This document shows positions 29,267 to 39,201 of a stretch of 64,000 nt of DNA, piece after piece. Where the stretch lies: positions 320,766 to 384,765 of the forward strand of contig DJFX01000047.1 of assembly GCA_002432635.1 (NCBI GenBank), written 5' to 3'. This DNA is from Halothiobacillaceae bacterium UBA5861 (GTDB lineage Bacteria; Pseudomonadota; Gammaproteobacteria; UBA5861). Every line of letters starts with the position of its first letter. The stretch's first letter is position 1. A program made the translations under genes and the position numbers. The notes beneath the pieces are model-generated. The model worked only from the letters and a program-made list of their open reading frames with translations. It searched no databases and was not told the origin of the DNA.

Positions 29267-30457
29267 TTATTTATCATTTCTATTATTATTTTGGATGGAC
29301 TGTTCACCGCACTGCACGCCCTCCATCAGTTCATGTGCATGTTGATTTAAATGCGGAGGGGGACGGCGATATTCTGGCCTCTGCCCATTGAACACCAATG
29401 GCAATCCGATCAGATCAATCGGGCTATCTTGTTGGTGTTGCAGCAGGCCAGATGCCTGCATCTGAGGATGTGCTAATAACTCGCTGATATTCAGTAAAGG
29501 CGCGTGAGGAAGGCCCGCTGCCTCCAGCTTATCTAACCAGTGGTCTCGGGTATCGGTTGCAAAAATAGCCTCGAGGAGGCGATCTAACTCATGTTCATTT
29601 TTTTTTCGCGCCTGATTTTTTGCAAAAGCCGGGTTGTCTGCCAACTCAGGCTGACCGATGACTTCACACAGCACCTTGAACTGATTATCTGTACCAATAC
29701 AGAGCATAAAGCCCTGATCGGCTGCATTGTAAGCCCGATTCGGTGCCACAGCTGGGCCTCGTGTGCCCATCCGCCCAGGCATGGGGCCTCCCGCATGATA
29801 TTCGCTAATGGCATATTTCATCCAGTGTACCCCGGTTTCAAACAAGCAGCTGTCAACCACGCAACCTTCCCCGGTGAGACTTCGACGAAAAAGCGCACTA
29901 AGCACTCCGATCGTTGTCCACAGCCCTGTGCCAAAATCAATGACAGGGACACCAACACGAGCCGCATTACCCGACTCCTCTCCCGTCACACTCATAATAC
30001 CGGAAAAAGCCTGCATTAAAGGGTCATAACCAGGCCGGTTACGTAGCGGCCCCTTACGACCGAAGGCGCCTACATTACAGTAAACAAGCCTGGGATTACT
30101 GGCGCACATTGTTTTTCCATCAAGCGCCAGAGCCTCTGTCAGGCCCGGCCGCAGATTTTGAATAAGCACATCTGCATTTTGTATTAATTCAATTAATGTT
30201 TGCTTTTGGGCAGCATCGTTAAAATCAATCACAATGGACTTTTTTTCACGATTAACTGTTTCAAACCCAGCCGCTGAATTTATTCCCAGAGGTGGCCCCC
30301 AGCTCCTTGTGACATCCCCACCTGGAGGTTCAACTTTAATTACATCGGCCCCAAGCATGGCCAGATTTTCAGCAGCAAGGGGGCCTGAAAAACTCGAGCA
30401 AAGCTCAACAACTTTGAGCCCGGTTAATGGTAAAGCAGCCTCCATCATGTTCTCCAT
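29267..30457 (-). CDS. family III CoA-transferase (CaiB/BaiF type), paralog of the downstream gene
   Basis: LTGLKVVELCSSFSGP; same architecture as 28127-29254. Confidence 0.85.
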   Translation of the reverse strand: MENMMEAALPLTGLKVVELCSSFSGPLAAENLAMLGADVIKVEPPGGDVTRSWGPPLGINSAAGFETVNREKKSIVIDFNDAAQKQTLIELIQNADVLIQNLRPGLTEALALDGKTMCASNPRLVYCNVGAFGRKGPLRNRPGYDPLMQAFSGIMSVTGEESGNAARVGVPVIDFGTGLWTTIGVLSALFRRSLTGEGCVVDSCLFETGVHWMKYAISEYHAGGPMPGRMGTRGPAVAPNRAYNAADQGFMLCIGTDNQFKVLCEVIGQPELADNPAFAKNQARKKNEHELDRLLEAIFATDTRDHWLDKLEAAGLPHAPLLNISELLAHPQMQASGLLQHQQDSPIDLIGLPLVFNGQRPEYRRPPPHLNQHAHELMEGVQCGEQSIQNNNRNDK

Positions 30458-30555
30458 CTTAATTAATTATTAATTTAAACTATGCTGGCATTACGTAGTT
30501 CAAGTAAAATAAGCTGAAATCCTCCACTGAAATGCCTACTCTGTGGTAGCTCGTG

Positions 30556-30591
30556 TATAATCTCCTCTCTTGCTTGCATATTAGCAAGCAA
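30556..30591 (+). promoter_or_regulatory. TATAAT -10 box (30556-30561) followed by a perfect 8-6-8 palindrome ttgcttgc-atatta-gcaagcaa (30570-30591) upstream of the FadR-type regulator
   Basis: Read directly; divergent control region between the CoA-transferase operon and the GntR/FadR gene. Confidence 0.4.
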
Positions 30592-30691
30592 TACACGATA
30601 TTATCGTTACGTTAACTGGTTCAATCTTTAGACCATAATATAACACTATGTTGATAAACTGTTTTTCTCACGCTCGACAAAGGAGTTTGTA

Positions 30692-31408
30692 TTGTTTAAA
30701 CCAATCAAAGCGCAGAGAGTTTTTGAGCAAGTTGTCGATCAGATTCGTGCTCAAATCGCATCGGGAACACTGAAGCCCGGCGACAAACTGCCTCCTGAAA
30801 GAGAACTGGCAGAAACATTCAGTATCAGCCGAAACGCTGTGAGAGAAGCTCTACGCACGATGGAAATGTCAGGGACGATCCGCCTTGTCAAAGGTGTGCG
30901 CGGGGGAGCTTTTATTACTGAAGGTGACCCGAGCTTTCTGGCAAATGGTCTGCGCGACATGTTACTGCTTGGCAGTATTACTTTTAAAGACCTTGCCGAA
31001 GCGCGACTTTGGGTTGAATCAATCGCCTGTCGTGTTGTCTGCGAACGCGCAACAGAAGAGCACTTTCGGGAGCTCGAAGACAATATCGAAGAATCGATAG
31101 AACTCGCTAAGCAACAGCGCTACGAGGAAAAAGACTTAGTAGGTATCGAATTTCACAATATCCTGGCAGCCGCAACAGGTAACCCTGTTCTTGTGTTGAA
31201 TGTTAAGATGTTGATGGATATGATGCGCAACTTTGCCCGTCAAGTCCCTCCACAAGAAGGGATGGAAACGATCGAAGCCCGGAAGAAACTGGTGCGTGAT
31301 CTTCGGTCCCGCGATCCAGACAAAGCGGATGAAAGCCTCCATATCTTAATGAGGTTACTGCTGCGACGATTTGAAGGTATAACATACCAAATGGACGAAG
31401 ACGAATAA
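30692..31408 (+). CDS. GntR-family transcriptional regulator, FadR (FCD) subfamily
   Basis: N-terminal winged HTH LPPERELAETFSISRNAVREALRTME and helical C-terminal FCD-like domain. Confidence 0.8.
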   Translation: MFKPIKAQRVFEQVVDQIRAQIASGTLKPGDKLPPERELAETFSISRNAVREALRTMEMSGTIRLVKGVRGGAFITEGDPSFLANGLRDMLLLGSITFKDLAEARLWVESIACRVVCERATEEHFRELEDNIEESIELAKQQRYEEKDLVGIEFHNILAAATGNPVLVLNVKMLMDMMRNFARQVPPQEGMETIEARKKLVRDLRSRDPDKADESLHILMRLLLRRFEGITYQMDEDE

Positions 31409-31448
31409 ACGCATGTAAAGGGCAAAAGTGCAGCAGGCCTAACAAGTA

Positions 31449-31952
31449 ATGATCGACTCACCCATTTCAGTAGACGAATTTCGACTTGGAATGCGGCATC
31501 TAACTGCTGCTGTCACTCTCGTTACCAGCGAATTCCAAGAGATCAAAGCGGGATTAACCGCGACAGCTGTATGCTCAGTCACAGCGGAACCACCGTCCGT
31601 TCTTGCTTGTGTGAACCGGACAACATCCGCACATGAAATTATTGAAAAAAGCGGAGCCTTTTGCGTCAATGTGCTTTCTCGCTCCCAGGTAAATCTATCT
31701 GATATTTTTGGCTGGGGTGACGCTAAGCAATCAGAACGGTTTAAACACGGTAGTTGGACACATTTAAAGACTGGCGCCCCTGCCCTGGAAAATGCAATAG
31801 TGAACTTTGACTGCATACTAGACCAGCAAATCCCTCATGGCACACATGATGTACTGATCGGGCGCATTGTTGCGCTAAAAGTGAATTCACACGACCAACC
31901 ACTGCTGTATGGGGATGCCACTTACCAGACCACTTCACTGTCTAAGGAGTGA
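31449..31952 (+). CDS. flavin reductase-like FMN-binding domain protein (HpaC/RutF-like)
   Basis: 167 aa split-barrel flavin reductase motifs ([17 protein letters not shown]). Confidence 0.7.
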   Translation: MIDSPISVDEFRLGMRHLTAAVTLVTSEFQEIKAGLTATAVCSVTAEPPSVLACVNRTTSAHEIIEKSGAFCVNVLSRSQVNLSDIFGWGDAKQSERFKHGSWTHLKTGAPALENAIVNFDCILDQQIPHGTHDVLIGRIVALKVNSHDQPLLYGDATYQTTSLSKE

Positions 31953-31957
31953 TAACC

Positions 31958-32617
31958 ATGTCTAACGAGGCAATGAAAAAAGCTGCCGCAGAATCTGCAA
32001 TCAGCTTTGTCACACCGGGTTCCGTGATTGGTGTAGGCACTGGCTCAACGACCAATTACTTTATCGAACTACTGGGCGACATACGCCAAGAAATAGAAGG
32101 CGCAGTAGCCAGCTCTGTTGAAACAGAAAAAAGGCTAAAAAACTCTGGCATTAATACTTTAGATCTTAACACCACGGGCACCTTACCACTTTATGTGGAC
32201 GGTGCTGATGAGGCCACCAAAGATAAACACTTGATCAAAGGTGGTGGTGGCGCTTTAACAAGAGAAAAGGTGATTGCAGCTGCAAGCTCCCAATTTATTT
32301 GCATCATAGATGAAACAAAGCTTGTAGGATATTTAGGAGCCTTTCCCTTGCCGGTCGAAGTCATCCCGATGGCGCGTAGCTATGTTGCACGAGAGCTCGT
32401 GAAGCTCGGTGGCCAACCACATTTCCGAAAAGGTTTTACAACAGATAATGGCAATATCATTCTCGATATCCACAACTTTGATGTACTAGACCCCGCAGCG
32501 ACTGAAAAGCAAATCAACCAAATAGCAGGAGTTGTAACAGTAGGTCTTTTTGCACAAAGACCAGCAGACATGTTACTTGTGGGACTTTCTAACGGCGAGG
32601 TAAAAAAATATACCTAG
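31958..32617 (+). CDS. rpiA: ribose-5-phosphate isomerase A
   Basis: GVGTGST and [11 protein letters not shown] motifs; start at ATG 8 nt after AAGGAG. Confidence 0.9.
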   Translation: MSNEAMKKAAAESAISFVTPGSVIGVGTGSTTNYFIELLGDIRQEIEGAVASSVETEKRLKNSGINTLDLNTTGTLPLYVDGADEATKDKHLIKGGGGALTREKVIAAASSQFICIIDETKLVGYLGAFPLPVEVIPMARSYVARELVKLGGQPHFRKGFTTDNGNIILDIHNFDVLDPAATEKQINQIAGVVTVGLFAQRPADMLLVGLSNGEVKKYT

Positions 32618-32696
32618 TCTCTCTACCCAGACATTTCCGGATAAACAGACTAGGCAACAATCAATGTTTTGCAAACAAATAAAGTAGAAAGGCGCT

Positions 32697-33089
32697 TTAT
32701 CGTTTAGAGAATTGTGTTGAACGACGTGCTTTATGCAAACCAACTTTCTTACGTTCAACTTTTCTTGCGTCTCGGGTTAATAAGCCAGCTTTTCTCAATT
32801 GCGGGCGAAGCTCCTCATTGTAATTGACAAGCGCTCTAGCAATACCGTGCCGTATCGCACCGGCTTGCCCACTATCGCCCCCTCCCACTACACTGACATA
32901 AACATCAAACTGGGATTGAGAATCAGTGACTTCAAGCGGTTGTCTAACAACCATTTTAGATGTTTCACGCCCAAAATAGTCATCCATCGACTGTTTATTG
33001 ATGGTGATTTCGCCGTTTCCTGGGCGTAAAAAAACACGAGCGCTTGATGTTTTGCGCCGGCCTGTCCCGTAATGTTGTTCCATGCTCAT
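32697..33089 (-). CDS. rpsI: 30S ribosomal protein S9
   Basis: 130 aa; [13 protein letters not shown] and C-terminal RRSTQFSKR. Confidence 0.95.
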   Translation of the reverse strand: MSMEQHYGTGRRKTSSARVFLRPGNGEITINKQSMDDYFGRETSKMVVRQPLEVTDSQSQFDVYVSVVGGGDSGQAGAIRHGIARALVNYNEELRPQLRKAGLLTRDARKVERKKVGLHKARRSTQFSKR

Positions 33090-33124
33090 AAGTTTTTTAA
33101 CTCGATTAATTTGACTTGTAACAC

Positions 33125-33553
33125 TTATATTTCAAGTGCTTGGGGCTGCTGTGCACTGTGTGTGTGAGAAGGACCTGAAAAAACTTTTAGCTTCTTGATC
33201 ATCGCCCTGCCAAGCGGATTCTTGGGCAACATACCTTTCACTGCCAGTTCAAAGACCCGCTGAGGGGACTTTTTCATCATGTCTTCAAAGTTAGCGGATT
33301 TCAGACTGCCAATATAACCCGTATGCCGGTGATACATTTTATTTTTAGCTTTGTCACCCGTTACAGTGATCTTATCTGCATTGACGATGATAATGTAATC
33401 GCCCGTATCTACATGCGGCGTATAAATAGGCTTGTGTTTACCACGCAAGCGTAAAGCAACTTCCGAGGCCAAGCGCCCCAAAGTTTTTCCTTCTGCATCA
33501 ATAACAAACCATTGACGCTTAACTTCAGCAGGCTTTGCACTAAAGGTTTTCAT
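33125..33553 (-). CDS. rplM: 50S ribosomal protein L13
   Basis: 142 aa; [21 protein letters not shown]-terminus. Confidence 0.95.
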   Translation of the reverse strand: MKTFSAKPAEVKRQWFVIDAEGKTLGRLASEVALRLRGKHKPIYTPHVDTGDYIIIVNADKITVTGDKAKNKMYHRHTGYIGSLKSANFEDMMKKSPQRVFELAVKGMLPKNPLGRAMIKKLKVFSGPSHTHSAQQPQALEI

Positions 33554-33636
33554 TTTATGTCCCGTACCGAGTGATTAATCGCAGCTTTTGAGCTAAAAAG
33601 ACGCGAAATAATAGTTGATTTCAACAAGATTCGCAA

Positions 33637-35382
33637 CTAAAACTTTTGATTGACAAACCGTTTTTCAATCGAATAAGGGAAGACGTTCTCCTGGACACCT
33701 GAGTTTATAGCTGCTTGTTTTTCCTTCCAAAATTGAGGATCAAGAAGCTCTTTATGATACTTCATAAAGGGTTCTCGAACACGAGGATGACTACAGAAAA
33801 ACGCCTCGAACTCTTCCGGAAAAACATCATTGGGCTGCGCGGAATACCATTGACCACCTGACAACACAGCCTCACCAAAAGGTGACGCTGGAATTGTCCG
33901 GAAGCGGCACTCTGTGAGATAACACACTTCGTCATAATCATAAAAAACCACTCGTTTATTACGAGTCACGCCAAAATTTTTATACAACATATCACCAGGG
34001 AAGATGTTGGCAGCAACCATCTGCCGGATGGCATTGCCATAGTCCAATATAACCTGCTCAAGCTCCTGATCATTGGCGTGTGATATAAAAAGATTAAGCG
34101 GTTGCATACGCCTCTCAATATATAGGTGTTTGATGAGTATCAGATCTCCCTCTTGCTCAATACTGTTAGCACAGGTCGCAAATAATTCATCAAGAAGCTC
34201 TTGTGTCATTCGGTTACGAGGCAAGGCGACATCCGAGTATTCCATGGAGTCAGCCATGCGGCCAACCCTGTCATGCTGTTTAACCAATTGATACTTTTCG
34301 ATCACTGTCTGTCGGGTAATACCTTTTTTTTGGGGAGCAAATTTATCCTTAATCACTTTAAAAACATAAGGGTAAGACGGCAGCGTAAACACCATCATCA
34401 CCATACCTTTGATACCCGGCGCGATGATCAAGTCATCTTCTGAATGATTCAAGTGATAAAGAAAGTCTCTGTAAAATGCCGTTTTACTTTGCTTATGGAA
34501 ACCGATCGCCGCATAAACTTCAGCACTTGTTTTAGTGGGCAGCATGTTTTGCAAAAAGCTGACAGTCGCTGAAGGGACATCAGTTTGCGCCATAAAATAA
34601 GCACGTGAAAAACTAAAGATCTTCGAATGTTCTCTTTCATCTAAGAGAATGGTATCAACATAAATTTCCCCCCGTGAATTCTGCAGTAAAGGCACAATGA
34701 ACGGCGTCACTTCATGCCCATTCACAGCTTTGCCAATAATGTACGCGGCTTTATTTCGAAAAAAGAGGGAGTTCAGTATCGTAATATAGAAATTCAAGTT
34801 TGCATGATGAGGCCGAGCGGGCAAGTTTTGGCGTAGATAGTGAATAATACGTCTCACGTCTCGCCTCAAATCAAAAAACGAATTTTTCAAATTAAAGCTT
34901 TTTAAAATCGTCTCAATCGTAGCTCTGAAGCCATGTTTCGCGGGGTAATAATTATGGTAAACCATGTCATCGAAGTCCAAATATTCCGACGACATCGATG
35001 AACGTACAAAAATATTGTCGTTGTTATAGTAGCTGCGGTGAAATAGTTTGCAAAAGACGGTGTTGTAATAACTTTCAGCGAGCTGTGGTTGCTTGTGATT
35101 CAACAGCAAACGTACATAACGTAACTTGAGTTCTTGAAAATTTTCATCACTAAAATGTTGAATACGAAATTTTGTTTGTAGTATCTGAACAGTTTCATCA
35201 ACACGCTTGGTGTAGTAATAAATACGGTCACGGGAAGCCTGTTGCACGGCAGGCCAATCCGCCCGCTCAAAACGCGCTTGGGCGCCTGCTGTAATTTCGC
35301 TAAACAGTGTAAAGTGCTTTTCGAAACCATCCAGGATGGTTTTCGCAACAGCTTTAATCGTTTTTTTTGTTTCTCTACTCAC
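33637..35382 (-). CDS. aceK: isocitrate dehydrogenase kinase/phosphatase
   Basis: 581 aa; N-terminus LDGFEKHF...AQARFERADWPAVQQA matches E. coli AceK. Confidence 0.9.
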   Translation of the reverse strand: MSRETKKTIKAVAKTILDGFEKHFTLFSEITAGAQARFERADWPAVQQASRDRIYYYTKRVDETVQILQTKFRIQHFSDENFQELKLRYVRLLLNHKQPQLAESYYNTVFCKLFHRSYYNNDNIFVRSSMSSEYLDFDDMVYHNYYPAKHGFRATIETILKSFNLKNSFFDLRRDVRRIIHYLRQNLPARPHHANLNFYITILNSLFFRNKAAYIIGKAVNGHEVTPFIVPLLQNSRGEIYVDTILLDEREHSKIFSFSRAYFMAQTDVPSATVSFLQNMLPTKTSAEVYAAIGFHKQSKTAFYRDFLYHLNHSEDDLIIAPGIKGMVMMVFTLPSYPYVFKVIKDKFAPQKKGITRQTVIEKYQLVKQHDRVGRMADSMEYSDVALPRNRMTQELLDELFATCANSIEQEGDLILIKHLYIERRMQPLNLFISHANDQELEQVILDYGNAIRQMVAANIFPGDMLYKNFGVTRNKRVVFYDYDEVCYLTECRFRTIPASPFGEAVLSGGQWYSAQPNDVFPEEFEAFFCSHPRVREPFMKYHKELLDPQFWKEKQAAINSGVQENVFPYSIEKRFVNQKF

Positions 35383-35607
35383 TTAAATATCTGGGGCCGT
35401 AAATAGTGATGCGTCCGAAGCTCTAGCATGACTCAATGAAGGAAACCCACTCACGTCAAAAAGCGGATGAATGTTGTATTAAAGAACTACGTGAATACAA
35501 TAAAATTTTGTATCAATCCAGAGGAGCAAAACTCACTCCTCTGAATATATTCATCTATCCGTTAAATATAAGTAATTGATAGATTAAGGGCTCTACTCAA
35601 AAACCAA

Positions 35608-36861
35608 TCACATTGCTTGTATCTTAGCGATCAAGGCATCGGCAAACTTGCTTGTGGAAAGCTCAGTTGCATCTGGCATTTGCCGCGCAAAGTCATAGGT
35701 CACGGTTTTATCAGCAATCACTTGCGGATATACGTCATTAATGAGCTTAGCCGCTTCACGCCAACCCATGTAATCCAGCATCATCACGCCCGATAATAAA
35801 AGAGAGGATGGATTCACTTTATCTTGCCCGGCATATTTTGGCGCGGTGCCATGAGTAGCTTCAAAAACGGCTACATGATCGGCAATATTTGCACCAGGAG
35901 CAATACCCACGCCTCCAACCTCGGCCGCAACTGCATCTGACAGGTAGTCACCGTTCAGATTCATTGTCGCCAATACATCAAACTCGGCTGGCCGCAACTG
36001 CATAAGCTGAAAAGTAATGTCCGCAATGCGGTCATTGATCACAATTTTTCCTTCTGGGCGCTTGCCTTCATATTTTTCCCAAAGCTCATCTTCAGTGATA
36101 GTGACATCACCAAACTCTTCTTTGGCCACTTCGTAGCCCCAGTTCCGGAAAGCGCCTTCGGTGAACTTCATAATGTTACCTTTGTGCACCAGGGTCACCG
36201 TATCGCGCTCATTATCTATCGCGTATTGAATAGCTTTACGTACCAGGCGCTTAGTCCCAAAAGCACTGATCGGCTTAATGCCCAAACCGGCATCTTCAAA
36301 AAAATCAACACCCATTTCCTCACGTAAAAACTTGGCCAGCTTTTTGTTTTCAGGCGTACCAGCTTCATATTCAATCCCGCTATAAACATCTTCTGTGTTT
36401 TCACGGAAAATCACGACATCGACATCATCAGGCTTGCGCATGGGCGAGGGAACACCCGAATAATATTTCACTGGACGGACGCATGCATACAAATCCAACT
36501 CTTGACGCAATGCAACATTGAGCGATCGAAAGCCGCCACCTACAGGTGTAGTTAAGGGGCCTTTAATCGAAATAATCAGGTCTTTAAGGGCGGCCAAAGT
36601 TTCTTCAGGGAAATAATCCCCATCATAGATACCGGCTGACTTTTCACCCATGAATAGCTCAGCCCAGTAAATTTTCCGCTGACCACCATAAGCTTTTTCA
36701 ACGGCTGCATTCCAAACCCTAAGACTTGCATTGGTGATATCCGGGCCAATCCCATCCCCTTCCACATAACCAATAATAGGGTTATCAGGGACAACAAGCT
36801 TGCCGTTTTCTACGGTGACTTTTTTGCCACCTTCAGGGATTTTTACATGCTGGTAACTCAT
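35608..36861 (-). CDS. icd: NADP-dependent isocitrate dehydrogenase (E. coli type, AceK-regulated class)
   Basis: 417 aa; [39 protein letters not shown]-terminus, near-identical in pattern to E. coli Icd. Confidence 0.95.
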   Translation of the reverse strand: MSYQHVKIPEGGKKVTVENGKLVVPDNPIIGYVEGDGIGPDITNASLRVWNAAVEKAYGGQRKIYWAELFMGEKSAGIYDGDYFPEETLAALKDLIISIKGPLTTPVGGGFRSLNVALRQELDLYACVRPVKYYSGVPSPMRKPDDVDVVIFRENTEDVYSGIEYEAGTPENKKLAKFLREEMGVDFFEDAGLGIKPISAFGTKRLVRKAIQYAIDNERDTVTLVHKGNIMKFTEGAFRNWGYEVAKEEFGDVTITEDELWEKYEGKRPEGKIVINDRIADITFQLMQLRPAEFDVLATMNLNGDYLSDAVAAEVGGVGIAPGANIADHVAVFEATHGTAPKYAGQDKVNPSSLLLSGVMMLDYMGWREAAKLINDVYPQVIADKTVTYDFARQMPDATELSTSKFADALIAKIQAM

Positions 36862-37104
36862 ACATATCTCCTAGTTAAGGCTCCTTTTGGGGCCGTAAGT
36901 GTTTTATCTTTATTTGAAGCAAATGAGCCTGGATAAGGTATCTGCTTTATTTAAATGTCAGCGACACCATAGTGCCGAACCAAGGGTCATGAGGATTATG
37001 AAAATGGATCGAGGGCCGCCTCGTTTAGTTTCGCTAAACAGGCTTATTTTAACGTAGTTTCATTTGTTTTTTCAGACACACTGCCTCCTCAACTGAGTAA
37101 ACCT

Positions 37105-37130
37105 GCCAAAAAAAGCCGTATACGGCCCTG
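37105..37130 (-). terminator. putative intrinsic terminator for the MFS gene (palindrome gccgtatacggc followed by TTTTTTT on the minus strand)
   Basis: GC stem plus 7-U tract 13 nt after the stop codon. Confidence 0.4.
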
Positions 37131-37142
37131 AAAACCACTCAT

Positions 37143-38336
37143 TTAAATATGAGCCGAAGCAATGACCGCCCCCTTTTGCTGTATCCGGTAAAAGTAAAGC
37201 ACTGCAAATAAGGACAAAATCAGAAATGGCAGGCTCGCCCATTGAATAGCCGCCCAACCAAAATGATGCATAACAATCCCAGAACCCAGTGAGCCAATCG
37301 CTTGAAATGTAAATATCCCAAAATCATTCATAGCCTGAACTTTAAAGCGCTCCTGAGGTAAGTAAGTTTGAGTCAGTAGCATCGTCGCCCCTAAAAAGAG
37401 AAAATTCCAGCCAACTCCAAGCAAAACCAATGCCCACCAATAGCTGTGAAGATCGTGCCCGCTGAGTGCAAAAGCCACTGTTCCCATATTCAGCAACACA
37501 CCCATCAAAAGGATACGGTGCAAGCCCACCCAGGCGATTAAATATCCTGTAAATAATGACGGAATAAACATAGCCAAAACATGGCTTTGAATCACCCACG
37601 TCGTATCCGACATGGAATGCTGATCAATCAGATGCATACTGAGCGGCGTCGCTGTCATAATGAAACTCATCACCGCATAAGCCGTCACACCCGAACATAA
37701 CGCAACCAGCACCACGGGCTGTCTAAAAATATCCACCAAGGATCGACCAGGCTCCTCGACAACTGCCGTCGATACCTGAACATTCCGGTAAAAACATAAA
37801 ACAACCGATGCCAGCAACAGGATCACGGCAAGCGCCACAAAAGAACCCGTATACAGACCATAAGGCAACCAGTCGCTCGTTGCCTTTGCCACAGCAGGCC
37901 CCAAATACGCAGCCACAATGCCACCGGCCAATACCCAGCCGATGGCCTTGCTCGCGTTTTCGGGCGTCACACTCTCGGCTGCCGCAAACCGGTACTGCTG
38001 AATAAATGCCAGTTTAGTACCTAAAAAAAAGGTGGCGAGTACCAACAACCAAAAGTTGTGACTGGCAATGGAAAAGGCCGCCATCAGTGCCGCGCACATA
38101 GCAACCAGCGCAGCACTGACGAAACCGACTCGTCGACCAAACCGCCCCATCAACAAGGCGGCAGGCACCGTTGCCACAGCCGTACCAACAATCATAGTGG
38201 AGACGGGGAGCGTCGCCAATGCTGGTGTTGGCGCAAGTTCGGTTCCGATGATGCCACCCAGCAAAATAACCACCGGCGCAGTTGCCATCGCCAACGATTG
38301 AGCGAGCATCAAAACAGGGATATTCGCAGGTTTCAT
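37143..38336 (-). CDS. major facilitator superfamily transporter
   Basis: 397 aa, 12 predicted TM helices, MFS-type motif GRFGRR after TM2. Confidence 0.75.
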   Translation of the reverse strand: MKPANIPVLMLAQSLAMATAPVVILLGGIIGTELAPTPALATLPVSTMIVGTAVATVPAALLMGRFGRRVGFVSAALVAMCAALMAAFSIASHNFWLLVLATFFLGTKLAFIQQYRFAAAESVTPENASKAIGWVLAGGIVAAYLGPAVAKATSDWLPYGLYTGSFVALAVILLLASVVLCFYRNVQVSTAVVEEPGRSLVDIFRQPVVLVALCSGVTAYAVMSFIMTATPLSMHLIDQHSMSDTTWVIQSHVLAMFIPSLFTGYLIAWVGLHRILLMGVLLNMGTVAFALSGHDLHSYWWALVLLGVGWNFLFLGATMLLTQTYLPQERFKVQAMNDFGIFTFQAIGSLGSGIVMHHFGWAAIQWASLPFLILSLFAVLYFYRIQQKGAVIASAHI

Positions 38337-38386
38337 AGAAACTCCTCACTTTCCCCAAGGCGTCAACCAGGGGCGCAGTATTATTT

Positions 38387-39070
38387 TTAGATCGTTAATG
38401 CGATTTTATCAGGCAACTGCCAGTTAACAGGTTGCTGGCCATGGGCCTGGAGGTAAGCGTTTGTTTGGGAAAAGTGCCGACACCCCAGAAACCCCCGGTG
38501 CGCCGATAGAGGAGAAGGGTGTGCACACTTCAACACCAAGTGCTTATCGGGATCAATATGCTGCCCTTTTTTTTGTGCGTAACTACCCCACAGTAAAAAA
38601 ACCAATCTTTCTCGGCTTTCGCTCAATTGCTGAATGGCATAGTCCGTGAATAACTCCCAGCCTTTGCCCTGGTGCGCACCTGCGCGCCCCTTTTCGACAG
38701 TTAATACCGCATTCAACAAAAACACACCTTGCTCAGCCCAAGGAATAAGGCAGCCATGATGAGGAGGCGCAATGCCAAGGTCACTCTGAATTTCTTTAAA
38801 AATATTGATGAGCGAGGGTGGTGGCGGAACATTAGGCAAAACAGAAAAACACAAACCATGCGCCTGACCAGGCCCATGGTATGGATCTTGACCTAGAATC
38901 ACCACTTTTACCTGATTAAAAGGCGTGGTATTGAATGCCGAAAAATACTGCTCTCCGGGGGGATAAATGACGGCCCCGCTTTTTTTTCGTTCCAGAAGAA
39001 ATTGTCGCAGCTCCTGCATATAAGCCGACTGAAATTGACTTTGCATCACCGCAAGCCACGAGGGCTCCAT
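38387..39070 (-). CDS. ung: uracil-DNA glycosylase
   Basis: [18 protein letters not shown] catalytic motif and HPSPLSA C-terminal motif; start at internal Met (MEPSWL) aligning with the E. coli Ung N-terminus. Confidence 0.9.
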   Translation of the reverse strand: MEPSWLAVMQSQFQSAYMQELRQFLLERKKSGAVIYPPGEQYFSAFNTTPFNQVKVVILGQDPYHGPGQAHGLCFSVLPNVPPPPSLINIFKEIQSDLGIAPPHHGCLIPWAEQGVFLLNAVLTVEKGRAGAHQGKGWELFTDYAIQQLSESRERLVFLLWGSYAQKKGQHIDPDKHLVLKCAHPSPLSAHRGFLGCRHFSQTNAYLQAHGQQPVNWQLPDKIALTI

Positions 39071-39201
39071 CTGCACTGTACGACCCTTATCCATTCATTG
39101 CGACTCTTTCACTTGCCTGAAAGACTATCATTAATATACCTTCACGGTTTTGTTCTTAGCCGACTCAATGGCTTAAGCTATGGCATCTTACTATTGATTT
39201 A

